A stretch of DNA of 64,000 nt from NCBI GenBank assembly GCA_963675755.2, contig CAXXMD010000003.1:1344001-1408000 (forward strand), in the 5' to 3' direction. This document shows positions 40,073 through 49,078 of this stretch, piece after piece (within the stretch, counting starts at the first letter, position 1; every line of letters begins with the position of its first letter). The notes beneath the pieces were generated by a model, which was given only the letters and a program-made list of their open reading frames with translations, was not told the DNA's origin and did not search any database. The translations under genes and the position numbers were made by a program. Source of the stretch: a bacterium. GTDB lineage: Bacteria; Zhuqueibacterota; Zhuqueibacteria; Residuimicrobiales; Krinioviventaceae.

Positions 40073-40843
40073 TCAATCAATAATTCTGATCTTGATGTTT
40101 CTGAATTCAGCGCGCGGCCCTTCATCCTGAATCAGAATATGGCCATCGGGGAATTCTCCCCAACCTTCAAAATTACGATATTTACTTACAGCCAATCGTT
40201 CATAATAGTCCTGGCTGCTCTTTTCTATTTCAACCACCTTCATACCATTCAACCAGTGTTCCAGATGGTTACCATTCACTACAATCCTGCCATGGTTCCA
40301 TTCACCAAGAGGTTTTATCGGCTTATTATTTGTCGCCTTGACCATGTCGTACAACGACCCCATAGTCCTGAAATAATCCGGCTTATCATACGGCCAGTTC
40401 GAATCATCCAGAATAGCATATTCAAGCCCCAAACCATGCCCGGGTGAAGCCTTTAACTCTTCATTGATAAAATACTTAACTCCGCTGTTGGCATGGGATT
40501 TAATTTTAAAATCAAAAACCAGTTCAAAATTTTTATATTTTTTTTCTGTAATAATGGCTCCGCCTCGCAGCGAATCCGGAAGGTCCGTGCCCAGACAAAC
40601 CAGTGCGTCATTCTCTACAATCCACCCGGTTTTGGGAAAATCCGATTCGTATATAGCCCGCCAACCATTAAAGGATTTACCGTCCCATAACAACTGCCAG
40701 CCTTGTTCTTTTTCTTTCGCGCTGATGGAATTGGGATTAACGGATGTATTTATGGTTCGTTTATTGACAACATAGACAATAATCAGAATTACAACAAGTA
40801 AAACAACTCTGACAATAGGATGAAGACGTTTTCGGATACTCAT
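40073..40843 (-). CDS. DUF1080 (3-keto-disaccharide hydrolase-like) protein
   Basis: 'GWQLLWDGKSFNGW', 'YKNFELVFDFK', 'ANSGVKY', 'GSLYD', 'GEWN', 'VEHWLNG-like', 'GHILIQD', 'FRNIKIR'. Confidence 0.88.
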   Translation of the reverse strand: MSIRKRLHPIVRVVLLVVILIIVYVVNKRTINTSVNPNSISAKEKEQGWQLLWDGKSFNGWRAIYESDFPKTGWIVENDALVCLGTDLPDSLRGGAIITEKKYKNFELVFDFKIKSHANSGVKYFINEELKASPGHGLGLEYAILDDSNWPYDKPDYFRTMGSLYDMVKATNNKPIKPLGEWNHGRIVVNGNHLEHWLNGMKVVEIEKSSQDYYERLAVSKYRNFEGWGEFPDGHILIQDEGPRAEFRNIKIRIID

Positions 40844-40874
40844 TATACCCTCTCGTTTACCAATTAAAGGTGTA

Positions 40875-41513
40875 TCATTCTTTTGTTTTTGTCTGAACTG
40901 AATTCTGTTGAAGCTTGTTTTCGCTAGTATTGATATCCAGATATATCGTCAGATCTTTGTAGGTTTTTAACAACTGTGCTTCCATCTGGACGATCATGGT
41001 AAAATAATCTAAAAATTCATGTGTAAAAGAATCATTATCTATCGTACTTTTATTTGCGGCTGTGTATGCGGATGTATTCATTGCCGCCTGTACCAGACTC
41101 ATACTCACTTTTTTATAATTTTCTTGCAGTGAATAAGCCTGTGATAAACGATACAGTGTATCATAATCCAGATGCTGGGAAATCCCTGTTGACATGAGTG
41201 TCTTCCAGGCAGTTTCCTGTAGTTGAATACCAGGCACTATGGTGCGATCTCCATCAACTTTTTCTTCTAATGTGTCAGCAGAAGCAAGCCGAACCGTTTC
41301 CTGATTGTTTTCATATACCTTTTCAAGAAAATCAATATTGGATACAATTTCGCTTTTAATGTTTTGCATAATTTCATTTACAGCCTGTTGATTGGCAAGA
41401 TTTTCCCGCCATTCGTTAATTCCCAGGGCCAGCAACACGCCAAAAACAACTGAAAAAATTTCAATGAGTATGGTTTGTATGGAGCGATTATTTTTCAACA
41501 AATCCATTTTCAT
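40875..41513 (-). CDS. Hypothetical membrane-anchored helical protein
   Basis: N-terminal TM 'EIFSVVFGVLLALGINEW' followed by a coiled/helical domain. Confidence 0.65.
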   Translation of the reverse strand: MKMDLLKNNRSIQTILIEIFSVVFGVLLALGINEWRENLANQQAVNEIMQNIKSEIVSNIDFLEKVYENNQETVRLASADTLEEKVDGDRTIVPGIQLQETAWKTLMSTGISQHLDYDTLYRLSQAYSLQENYKKVSMSLVQAAMNTSAYTAANKSTIDNDSFTHEFLDYFTMIVQMEAQLLKTYKDLTIYLDINTSENKLQQNSVQTKTKE

Positions 41514-41536
41514 ATACTACCTCAAATCTTACAAAC

Positions 41537-42988
41537 TCATTCTGGTTCGTCACTACCGTCCCAACTATAGCCCCATTTTTTCATATATTCCTGGCCCGGT
41601 AAAAAAGCATCACGGGTATCTAAAAGCTTTCGTTGCAGTCGCTCATCCAGCTTGGCTTTTATTGACTGATAAGAGGGATGGTCAACCAGGTTGTTCATCT
41701 GGTATGGGTCAAGAGTATTATCATATAGCAGCCAGGGTCCGTTCAGATCCTTAACATAGGTATAACGATGGGTACGCAGCCCCCTGTATTCTCTACCGCC
41801 TTTGCTGTATCCCCATTGATGAAAAGGTACGGGACAACTGAGCAACGCAACAGCTTCTTCAGGTGCCGGCGAGCCGGCAAAGATAGCGGAAAAATCAGAA
41901 CCTTCTACTGCCTTGGGAATTTGTATATCACACAAGCCCAACAAGGTTGGCATAATATCCGGCGTGTTAAAAGGTACATCCAAAACCTGCCCTTTTTTAC
42001 CATGCAATTGCGGGTATCTCAATACAAACGGGACCTTTATAGATTCGTCCCAGGGTTTTTGTTTTTTGGTCATTCCATGTGAACGCAGCATATCTCCATG
42101 GTCAGAAGTAAACACAAAAATGGTGTGCTTTTCAATGCCACTTTTCTTTATTGTATCCAACAGATCTGCAATACAATCATCCAACGCGGCCATATGTGCG
42201 TAATAGCCGGCAATTTCCTCTTTGGCGGTTTCTTCAAGTTCCTTGGGTACATTGGGACGAAGCTTAATCTTTTCAGGATCAAACATGTCTTTGTATTTTT
42301 GTAGTGCTGTCTCATAAGGAGCATGAGGCGGTCCCCACGACAACATGAGAAAAAACGGACCCTTGTCTGCATGGTTTTCAATGTACTCGTTTGCCATTTG
42401 GGTTTGAGCAATTGCATCGTACCCCTGCCAGGTCTGTTTTACATCATTTTCATCATAATAAAATGAATGGTTATAATCATGCGTACATTCTCGAGTTTTC
42501 CAGAAATCGAATCCCAATCGTCTGTCTTTTGGTACCGGTGCCTGCCGGTTTTGCGGATACGGCAATTCTTCAGATACTCCCATAAGGTGCCATTTCCCAA
42601 TATAGCCTGTTGCGTAACCTGCTTGCTTGAACGCATTGGCTAACGTTACACCTCTGGGCTTAAGTGGCTTGTCATTATAAAAAACACCGTGGGTAAGCCA
42701 ATATTGTCCTGTCATTAAACTGGCCCGATACGGACTACAAACCGGACATCCGGAAACGGCATTTGTTAAAACCAGACTTTTGGAGGCCAGATTATCCAGA
42801 TTGGGTGTATGTACCTGGTTGTTTCCGGCAAATCCGGTATCACATGCACGCCATTGGTCTGCAAACACATATACAACATTGGGTTGTTTTTTCAAAGTGT
42901 TACAATACATTAAAAAAGGTAAAGCAGATAGCGAGGCTTTTTTTATAAATTCACGACGAGTATACGGAGCCATTGATGTTTTTGTCAT
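41537..42988 (-). CDS. Cys-type sulfatase, Tat-exported
   Basis: 'TRREFIKK' Tat motif; 'PNVVYVFADQWR', 'CSPYRASLMTG', 'GKWHL', 'PPHAPY', 'FTSDHGD'. Confidence 0.93.
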   Translation of the reverse strand: MTKTSMAPYTRREFIKKASLSALPFLMYCNTLKKQPNVVYVFADQWRACDTGFAGNNQVHTPNLDNLASKSLVLTNAVSGCPVCSPYRASLMTGQYWLTHGVFYNDKPLKPRGVTLANAFKQAGYATGYIGKWHLMGVSEELPYPQNRQAPVPKDRRLGFDFWKTRECTHDYNHSFYYDENDVKQTWQGYDAIAQTQMANEYIENHADKGPFFLMLSWGPPHAPYETALQKYKDMFDPEKIKLRPNVPKELEETAKEEIAGYYAHMAALDDCIADLLDTIKKSGIEKHTIFVFTSDHGDMLRSHGMTKKQKPWDESIKVPFVLRYPQLHGKKGQVLDVPFNTPDIMPTLLGLCDIQIPKAVEGSDFSAIFAGSPAPEEAVALLSCPVPFHQWGYSKGGREYRGLRTHRYTYVKDLNGPWLLYDNTLDPYQMNNLVDHPSYQSIKAKLDERLQRKLLDTRDAFLPGQEYMKKWGYSWDGSDEPE

Positions 42989-43282
42989 AATACGATTTTG
43001 TCCTTTTATCTTTCAGCAAGATTCCGGATTTTTATAATATGAATATAATTCGGGTTTATTGCAATAATTTTATTAGATTACGGCAAGTATAATTATTAAC
43101 AATGGGTTATATCTCATATATTTCATTCTATTCTCTCCTTATAAAATAGCACAATACAAGAATTTCGAGTAAAAAAGATTGCATGTGTGCGGCATTTCTA
43201 TATATTAATATTATACCATATCCATTCTCAAAATAAATCACTTACTATCGTTCTTTCCATTCAAATCTGAAAGGGTTCGGCA

Positions 43283-43958
43283 ATGAAAAAACTATTAACA
43301 GTTGTGTTTATTGTGTTTCTTTTTTCAGTAATGGGTTGTCAATCTGACAACAGTGATGACGGCTGGGTTCAAATGTTTAACGGTGTTGATCTGACCGGCT
43401 GGAAAGCCAATGTAAATCCTGAATCTTACATGGTCAAAGATGGAATTCTGGTTGTTCACGATACCTCTGCAACCATTCGTTCGCATTTGTTCTATGTGGG
43501 ATGAAAAGACCCAGGACCTGGTAAAATTTAAAAACTTTGAATTGGAAATCATTTCCAAATGCGAGCCCAATTCAAATTCCGGTATCTTTTTTCATACCGA
43601 TTACTCTGAACGCGATGCGGCCAAACATCTGGGTAAAGGATATGAGATCCAGTTGAACAACTCACAGAACGATCCCCGAAAAACCGGAAGTTTATATGCA
43701 ATCAAAGACATTCACGAATCTCCGGTCGATGAAACCCAGTGGTTTAAACTTTATATCAAAGTAGACGGAAAACGTATCATAGCCAAAATTAACGATGAGC
43801 TGATAATGGATTATACCGAACCGGAAAATCCTGAACGGGTTGAAAGCCGCAAACACCGGCTTCTTGATCCTAACGGCGGCGCAATTGCAATTCAGGCACA
43901 CGATGCTAACAGCATCTGGTATTTTAAGGAAATCAAAATTAAACGGTTACCAGACTAA
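43283..43958 (+). pseudogene. DUF1080 lipoprotein split by a +1 frameshift at ~43498-43504
   Basis: Frame 1 gives a lipoprotein signal (VMGC) plus 'GWVQMFNGVDLTGW...RSHLFYVG*'; frame +1 continues 'DEK...FKNFEL...NSNSGIFFHT...GYEIQ...KTGSLY...IAIQAHD...FKEIKIK'. Confidence 0.8.
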
Positions 43959-43975
43959 CAAACGGGGCAATTGTT

Positions 43976-44860
43976 ATGATTACCAGACGACAGGCATTAA
44001 AAACAATCGGAGTTTTAGGAACAGCACCCATGATTTTGAATACAAATTGCACCAAATCGCAGGCGACAAATGGCTTTTTATCCGAAATTGGAGTTTGTAC
44101 AAAGCTTGAGAATGTGCCACTGCTAAAGAAACATGGTTATAATTATTTTGAAGCATCTGTGGGACCGTTTACCGAACCCGGCAAACCGGAATCGGATTTT
44201 CTGGCTAATTTAGAGACCTTGAAGCAGATAAACATGCCGCTGCCTGCCTTTCGCAGTTTTATTCCCAGCTCGCTTAAAACTATTGGCGAACAGGTAGATG
44301 TGGATAAAATACTGACCTACTCTGAAATCGTTTTCAAACGGGTACAAATCAGCGGAGCAAAAACCATTGTTTTCGGCAGTGGTGATTCACGTAAAATCCC
44401 GGAAGGTTTTGAAAAATCAAAAGCCACAGCACAATTTGTCGAACTTATGAAAAAAATGGGGCCTTTGGCAGCAAAATATGACATTGTTATTGCGGTTGAA
44501 CATTTGAACAGCGGTGAAACCAATTTCATCAATACCCTTGCAGAAGGACTGGATATTGCCAGACAAGCCAATCACCCCAACATACAGGTTCTGGTAGATG
44601 TTTATCACATGATGCGTGAAAATGAACCCCCGGAGGTGATTCTGGAAGCCGGAAGCATGGTGAACCATACCCATATTGCAGAAAATGAAGAACGAATGTG
44701 GCCGGGTAAACGACAGGAAGATTTTAGACCCTACCTTGAAGCTATTCGAAAAATAAACTACAAGGGAAGAATGTCTCTGGAATGCGGGTGGGAAAACATG
44801 GATGAACAACTGCCAATTGCTTTGGATTTTTTACGCAAGCAAATTGCCGATGTAGCCTGA
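43976..44860 (+). CDS. Tat-exported sugar-phosphate isomerase/epimerase (xylose-isomerase-like TIM barrel)
   Basis: 'TRRQALK' Tat motif; 'VFGSG', 'AVEHLNSGETNFIN', 'DVYHM', 'HTHIAE', 'SLEC'. Confidence 0.88.
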   Translation: MITRRQALKTIGVLGTAPMILNTNCTKSQATNGFLSEIGVCTKLENVPLLKKHGYNYFEASVGPFTEPGKPESDFLANLETLKQINMPLPAFRSFIPSSLKTIGEQVDVDKILTYSEIVFKRVQISGAKTIVFGSGDSRKIPEGFEKSKATAQFVELMKKMGPLAAKYDIVIAVEHLNSGETNFINTLAEGLDIARQANHPNIQVLVDVYHMMRENEPPEVILEAGSMVNHTHIAENEERMWPGKRQEDFRPYLEAIRKINYKGRMSLECGWENMDEQLPIALDFLRKQIADVA

Positions 44861-44873
44861 TAATCGATTCATT

Positions 44874-44902
44874 AAAACGGCCCTTTTTCAGGGTCGTTTT
44901 TT
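44874..44902. terminator. Bidirectional terminator
   Basis: aaaacggccct-ttttc-agggtcgttttt between convergent genes. Confidence 0.75.
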
Positions 44903-44904
44903 AT

Positions 44905-45393
44905 TTACTCCTTCAACATGGAAAACATGCGGTTTTGAAGTTCGTTGAAAATGAAACGTAATTGGTCAGGTAATTGACAGGATCCAGGCATATAAGCATG
45001 TACTGTATCTGCCTTGTCCTGATGAAAAAAAATGATAAGATGATCATCCAGATCTGTAAAAATTTCTTCTGGCAAATATCTATAATCAAAATATTGAAAA
45101 TACCCAAACAATTCCGAAATTTCCTTTTTTTCATCATCAGTCAGTGTCGTATATGCACTATCCAACACAGTCTGAGCGTTTGCATGTTGTAATTCTTTGG
45201 CAATGACCGCCCCATCCGAAAAAACATCAAGCGTATAAGAACTTGACCATCCGTTCACTATCCTATAATGGATCTCTGACTGTGAGAAATCAATTTTTTC
45301 CGGTTCAACCCCTACAGGATTCATGGGATTCTTGCTGGTTGAACAGGAAAAAAACAGCAAGAATAACAAAAATAATAAAACATTCTTTTTCAT
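44905..45393 (-). CDS. Hypothetical lipoprotein
   Basis: Likely start MKKNVLLFLLFLLFFSC (lipobox) at 45393. Confidence 0.65.
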   Translation of the reverse strand: MKKNVLLFLLFLLFFSCSTSKNPMNPVGVEPEKIDFSQSEIHYRIVNGWSSSYTLDVFSDGAVIAKELQHANAQTVLDSAYTTLTDDEKKEISELFGYFQYFDYRYLPEEIFTDLDDHLIIFFHQDKADTVHAYMPGSCQLPDQLRFIFNELQNRMFSMLKE

Positions 45394-45432
45394 GATAATA
45401 CCCCTCAAATACCTGGCCTGTAATACATTCAC

Positions 45433-46881
45433 TTATTTTATTAAGGTCAGTTTTAGCATTCGAGTTCCTGCATTGCTTTGCAATTGACAGAAATAGATCC
45501 CCGATGATACAGGGGAACCGCTATCATCCCGACCATCCCACATCTGTTCATATTCACCGGCTGCGTGATACGCATCGGTCAGGGTAGCTACTTGTCTGCC
45601 GGAAACATCAAAAATCCTTACAGCTAATTGTGAATTTCGATCCACATTATAGCGAACAACTGTACGGCTGTTAAAAGGATTGGGATAACTGCCAGCAAGA
45701 TCAAAACCGCTTGCAATCTGTTCTTTAGGATCTGCAATGTCTGTTGCCTGATCAATCAATAGTCCGGTCAGGGTACGGGTTACAGGAGACAGATTGGCAA
45801 AATGATCGTTATTGAGAACACATACGGAAAAATCCATTTCAGGTGAATACACCAACTGTGAAGCATAACCGGGAATGTGACCGGTATGGCCGTAAAACGC
45901 ATGACCGTCATAGGTATAAAACATAACGCCCAAGCTATAATTCTCTTGCAAACCGGATTGCGCATCAATAGGTCTGCTGTTGAGCATGGTATCCAGCAAC
46001 GCAGGCGTTAACACCTCCCCGCGATACAGACATTGGCCCCAATGTGCCAGATCTTTAGCAGTGGAAACAATGGCCCCGGCGGTCCAGGCCGCACTGTAAA
46101 TGGCTGTACGGGGAAATACACCCATATCATCCAGAACGCCATCATTATTCAGATCCATATAGCCGTTGGCAATCACGCAGGTATCCGGAATGCTCTGTTC
46201 CACATCCATAAACGTTCGGGGTAATCCGCAGGTATTAAAAAAGCGTGATACATATTCATTCTCTAACGAATCCACCTGCAGGGCCTTGCAGGCAATCATG
46301 CCCAGTAGAATATAATTGGTATTGGAATAGTGGTAATCGGTTCCAGGCTCAAAGTAGGGAGCCAGCACAAGCGACAAGATTTCTTCCGGGGACCAGTATT
46401 GATCGGGATGCATTAAAACCGCAAGCTGACCATTGAGATTATCACTATACTCATACAACCCGCTGCTGTGGTTCAACAATTGACGGATGGTAATGCTGTT
46501 ATCAATATTATCATAATCAGACAGCCAGTCTGAAAGCGGATCGTCAAGGCCAAGCAATCCCTGATCCATGAGCTGCAAAATTAATGACGCGGTAAATGTT
46601 TTGGTTATGCTGGCGGCACTGAAAAGCATATCGGGTTCAACTGCGGCACCGGTGGATGTGTTGGCGGTTCCGGCTGTACCCTGCCAATATGTACCATCTG
46701 CGAATTCAACAGCGGCAGACAACCCGGTATATCCTTCAACGGATTGTAAACTGTCTAACGCTGTTTGTAATCGTTGAAACAATTCAGAACTGGGGGTAAC
46801 TGTTTGTGAAAAAACAACCGTTTGGGTAATTATAAATATAACCACAGCTTTGCGGAGGCATCGTATCATATCACATTCCAT
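45433..46881 (-). CDS. Secreted serine hydrolase (beta-lactamase/D-Ala-D-Ala peptidase family) with C-terminal FlgD-Ig/T9SS-like domain
   Basis: SxxK 'ASITKTF', 'LLNHSSG', 'YSNTNY', 'GHTG'; 'SYPNPFN...WDGRDDSG..VSSGIYF'. Confidence 0.9.
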   Translation of the reverse strand: MECDMIRCLRKAVVIFIITQTVVFSQTVTPSSELFQRLQTALDSLQSVEGYTGLSAAVEFADGTYWQGTAGTANTSTGAAVEPDMLFSAASITKTFTASLILQLMDQGLLGLDDPLSDWLSDYDNIDNSITIRQLLNHSSGLYEYSDNLNGQLAVLMHPDQYWSPEEILSLVLAPYFEPGTDYHYSNTNYILLGMIACKALQVDSLENEYVSRFFNTCGLPRTFMDVEQSIPDTCVIANGYMDLNNDGVLDDMGVFPRTAIYSAAWTAGAIVSTAKDLAHWGQCLYRGEVLTPALLDTMLNSRPIDAQSGLQENYSLGVMFYTYDGHAFYGHTGHIPGYASQLVYSPEMDFSVCVLNNDHFANLSPVTRTLTGLLIDQATDIADPKEQIASGFDLAGSYPNPFNSRTVVRYNVDRNSQLAVRIFDVSGRQVATLTDAYHAAGEYEQMWDGRDDSGSPVSSGIYFCQLQSNAGTRMLKLTLIK

Positions 46882-46992
46882 ATATTATTATAATCGTTAA
46901 CAAGGTTTGTTGTTGAATTTACAGCTTTTTGGGGTGATTTCAAAAGATTAATATTGAGGTGACTTTTGATCCAATTTCAAAGGGACTAGAGT

Positions 46993-47048
46993 TGCCGGTG
47001 CTTCACTTTTCTCGTCCGCTTTCGCGGACCCGCACTCAGCAACCGGCA
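46993..47048 (-). repeat. Structured intergenic element (nested hairpin with GAAA tetraloop on the minus strand)
   Basis: Minus strand reads TGCCGGT-T-GCT-gagtgcgg-GTCCGC-GAAA-GCGGAC-gagaaaagtga-AGC-ACCGGCA. Confidence 0.5.
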
Positions 47049-47086
47049 TTGTGCTATTTTTAGTGTTTCGTGGGATACTATTCATA

Positions 47087-47221
47087 GCGTATTCAAACAG
47101 GAGTTTGGATACGAGCAATATGGGACGAATGTCCCTATATGATATTCCGTGATGCAGGGATCTGCATCACGATCAATAACAGCAAACTTGCCCGGCACCT
47201 CGGAGGTGCCGGGCAAATCTT
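47087..47221. repeat. 135-bp composite direct repeat of four hairpins, copy 1
   Basis: 10 mismatches versus 48011-48145. Confidence 0.92.
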
Positions 47222-47283
47222 CGCTTCCCGCTTTTTTGTGTATTTCGTGAGAAACTATTTTTTCGCTTTTAAAACACAGCGGA

Positions 47284-47985
47284 TTATTGGGGCTTTAAAA
47301 TAATACCAAGATCAACACTCATCATAAATGTCAGGGTATTCATACTGGTGTCCAACTCGGCCCGATCAAGGGTATGGATCTCAAAAAAATGCATGGAATA
47401 TTGGACCAAAAATTCAACCCTGGGTACGTTCAACCCCATGGCAAAATTCCATGCAAAACCAGAGCTCTTGAGAATGTAAGGAGCCGAACTGACATCACCG
47501 GTTGCGTATCTAAAATAATAGTTCATTTCATCCCATTCAGCTAAATCAGCAATATCCCGGATAAATGTTTTATTAATGATACTGCTGTTGTCACGCATCC
47601 CGATTTTTACAGCCGGACCTGTTTGTACAAATCCCTTCATGGCTTTATATTGTTTTAATACCGATCTAATTTGGGCATTTATCTCAAAAAAAGTAATATC
47701 ATAGGTGATATCACTCGTATATACCGGCCCGGTATAGGTTCCTCCTAAAACCTGATCTTTGATCACACCTTTTTTTCTGTCCCACAGCACACCAATATGG
47801 ATCCCGACATTTTCATCCGAGGGGATGTAAAAATGAAATCCAAACGTGGGTGCCCAACCGGATTGGGCATCCGTGTTGCTCAAGTAATTGTAACCGGTTC
47901 CCAAAACAAGACTCGCGCTGGCAGCCGCAGTAATATTGGGTAAAGCTGCCAGAATCAAAACCAGTAAAAATATAATCTTTTTCAT
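47284..47985 (-). CDS. Outer-membrane beta-barrel (OmpA/PorT-like) hypothetical protein
   Basis: Start MKKIIFLLVLILAALP (signal peptide); 'LGTGYNY', 'PTFGFHF', 'KKG', 'GPAV', 'WNFAMG' amphipathic strands. Confidence 0.65.
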   Translation of the reverse strand: MKKIIFLLVLILAALPNITAAASASLVLGTGYNYLSNTDAQSGWAPTFGFHFYIPSDENVGIHIGVLWDRKKGVIKDQVLGGTYTGPVYTSDITYDITFFEINAQIRSVLKQYKAMKGFVQTGPAVKIGMRDNSSIINKTFIRDIADLAEWDEMNYYFRYATGDVSSAPYILKSSGFAWNFAMGLNVPRVEFLVQYSMHFFEIHTLDRAELDTSMNTLTFMMSVDLGIILKPQ

Positions 47986-48010
47986 AATGATCCTAAATAC
48001 AAAATTTATT

Positions 48011-48145
48011 GCGTACCCAAACAGGAGTTTGGGTACGAGCAAGATGGGACGTATGTCCCTATATGATATTCCGGAATGCAGAGATCTGCATCACGATCAA
48101 TAAAAGCAAACTTGCCCGGCACCTCAGAGGTGCCGGGCAAATCTT
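48011..48145. repeat. 135-bp composite direct repeat of four hairpins, copy 2
   Basis: cgtacccaaac-agga-gtttgggtacg / gggac-gtat-gtccc / atgcag-agat-ctgcat / ttgcccggcacctc-a-gaggtgccgggcaa. Confidence 0.92.
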
Positions 48146-48156
48146 TACAACCGGTA

Positions 48157-48190
48157 TATTCGTGTACATCCGTGTAATTCGTGGGTAAAA
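48157..48190. repeat. 9-nt-period family B arm
   Basis: tattcgtgt-acatccgtgt-aattcgtggg-taaaa; shorter arms at ~47057-47075 and ~47232-47254. Confidence 0.55.
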
Positions 48191-48199
48191 AACAAACCC

Positions 48200-49066
48200 C
48201 TATATCAATGACCGGAACAGTTCCAAATTCTCATCTACCTGAAAATCAAACATCCCCACACAGAGAAAATCCGCACCGGCATCAAGCGCCTGTTTAAATC
48301 CTTCTTTGGGATCAATACGTCCTGCTGCAAGCACTTTGAATGCAATCCACGGAACCGTTACCTGCGCCATCACTTTTAACGTGTCCTCATAATCAGGACA
48401 GTTGTATTCCAGCGGATTCAGGGTTTTCATGTAAAAATCAGGTACAATGCCCGCTTCTTCACATGCCGCAATAGTACGGTAATCGTGTGCGCCTACACCT
48501 GCAAGATTTCCCAGATCGCGGATGTAGTTCAAATGATCAACAATTTGTTGTATCTGATTTTCCTGTACAAAATAATCCGCAGACTGGCCCTGAATATACA
48601 CCCCGGTTGCTCCGTTATCTACAGACCACTTTATGTTCTCCCGGATCTGGGCCGGGGTCGCACCGCGCATAGGTTTAGCAGACGTTTGTGCCAGCCACGG
48701 CATCATAGTACCGGTCTCTTGCTTGTATTTTTTCAAAAACCCGATGGTGTTATCATCAACCCGTCCCAAAAAAGTATTGATTCCTCCGGCAACAGACATC
48801 CGCATAACCTCTACAATCTTTTCATGGGTCAAATACTGCTTGAAAAGTTTGTTGGTATAGACCAGCGGCTCCCCATGCGAGATCCCGCTAAAGGGATTTC
48901 CACCCAAAATCATACGACTTACATCCAGCTCACCAATTTTTCGCGATGGCAGCGATGATGTGGGTAAAACGGTCTGATCTTTTGTACTACAGGAAAGCCC
49001 GGCAATTCCTGTGGTAACTGCTGCTGTCTTGATGAAAGTTCTTCGGTCCAGTGTTTTCATACTCAT
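48200..49066 (-). CDS. Tat-exported aldo/keto-reductase-like TIM-barrel protein
   Basis: 'DRRTFIK...GLSC' (Tat motif plus lipobox-like Cys); 'VSRMILGGNPF', 'AGVGAH', 'PWIAFKVLAAG', 'GADFLCVGMF'. Confidence 0.7.
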   Translation of the reverse strand: MSMKTLDRRTFIKTAAVTTGIAGLSCSTKDQTVLPTSSLPSRKIGELDVSRMILGGNPFSGISHGEPLVYTNKLFKQYLTHEKIVEVMRMSVAGGINTFLGRVDDNTIGFLKKYKQETGTMMPWLAQTSAKPMRGATPAQIRENIKWSVDNGATGVYIQGQSADYFVQENQIQQIVDHLNYIRDLGNLAGVGAHDYRTIAACEEAGIVPDFYMKTLNPLEYNCPDYEDTLKVMAQVTVPWIAFKVLAAGRIDPKEGFKQALDAGADFLCVGMFDFQVDENLELFRSLI

Positions 49067-49078
49067 ATCCTCGTTTTG

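Noticed and set aside
43502-43504. Selenocysteine or stop read-through at the TGA
   Set aside because: The domain continues in a different frame, so in-frame read-through would not restore it.
46993-47048. Hammerhead ribozyme
   Set aside because: The core reads CUGAGUG rather than CUGANGA, and no stem III/cleavage triplet geometry could be built.
47986-48042. Upstream start of the 252-aa ORF (MLVPKLLFGYA...)
   Set aside because: This is translation of the repeat hairpin; the signal peptide begins at ATG 47985.
47087-48145. Integron attC sites or IS terminal repeats
   Set aside because: No RYYYAAC/GTTRRRY cores, the repeats are direct and multi-hairpin, and no integrase or transposase is encoded in the window.
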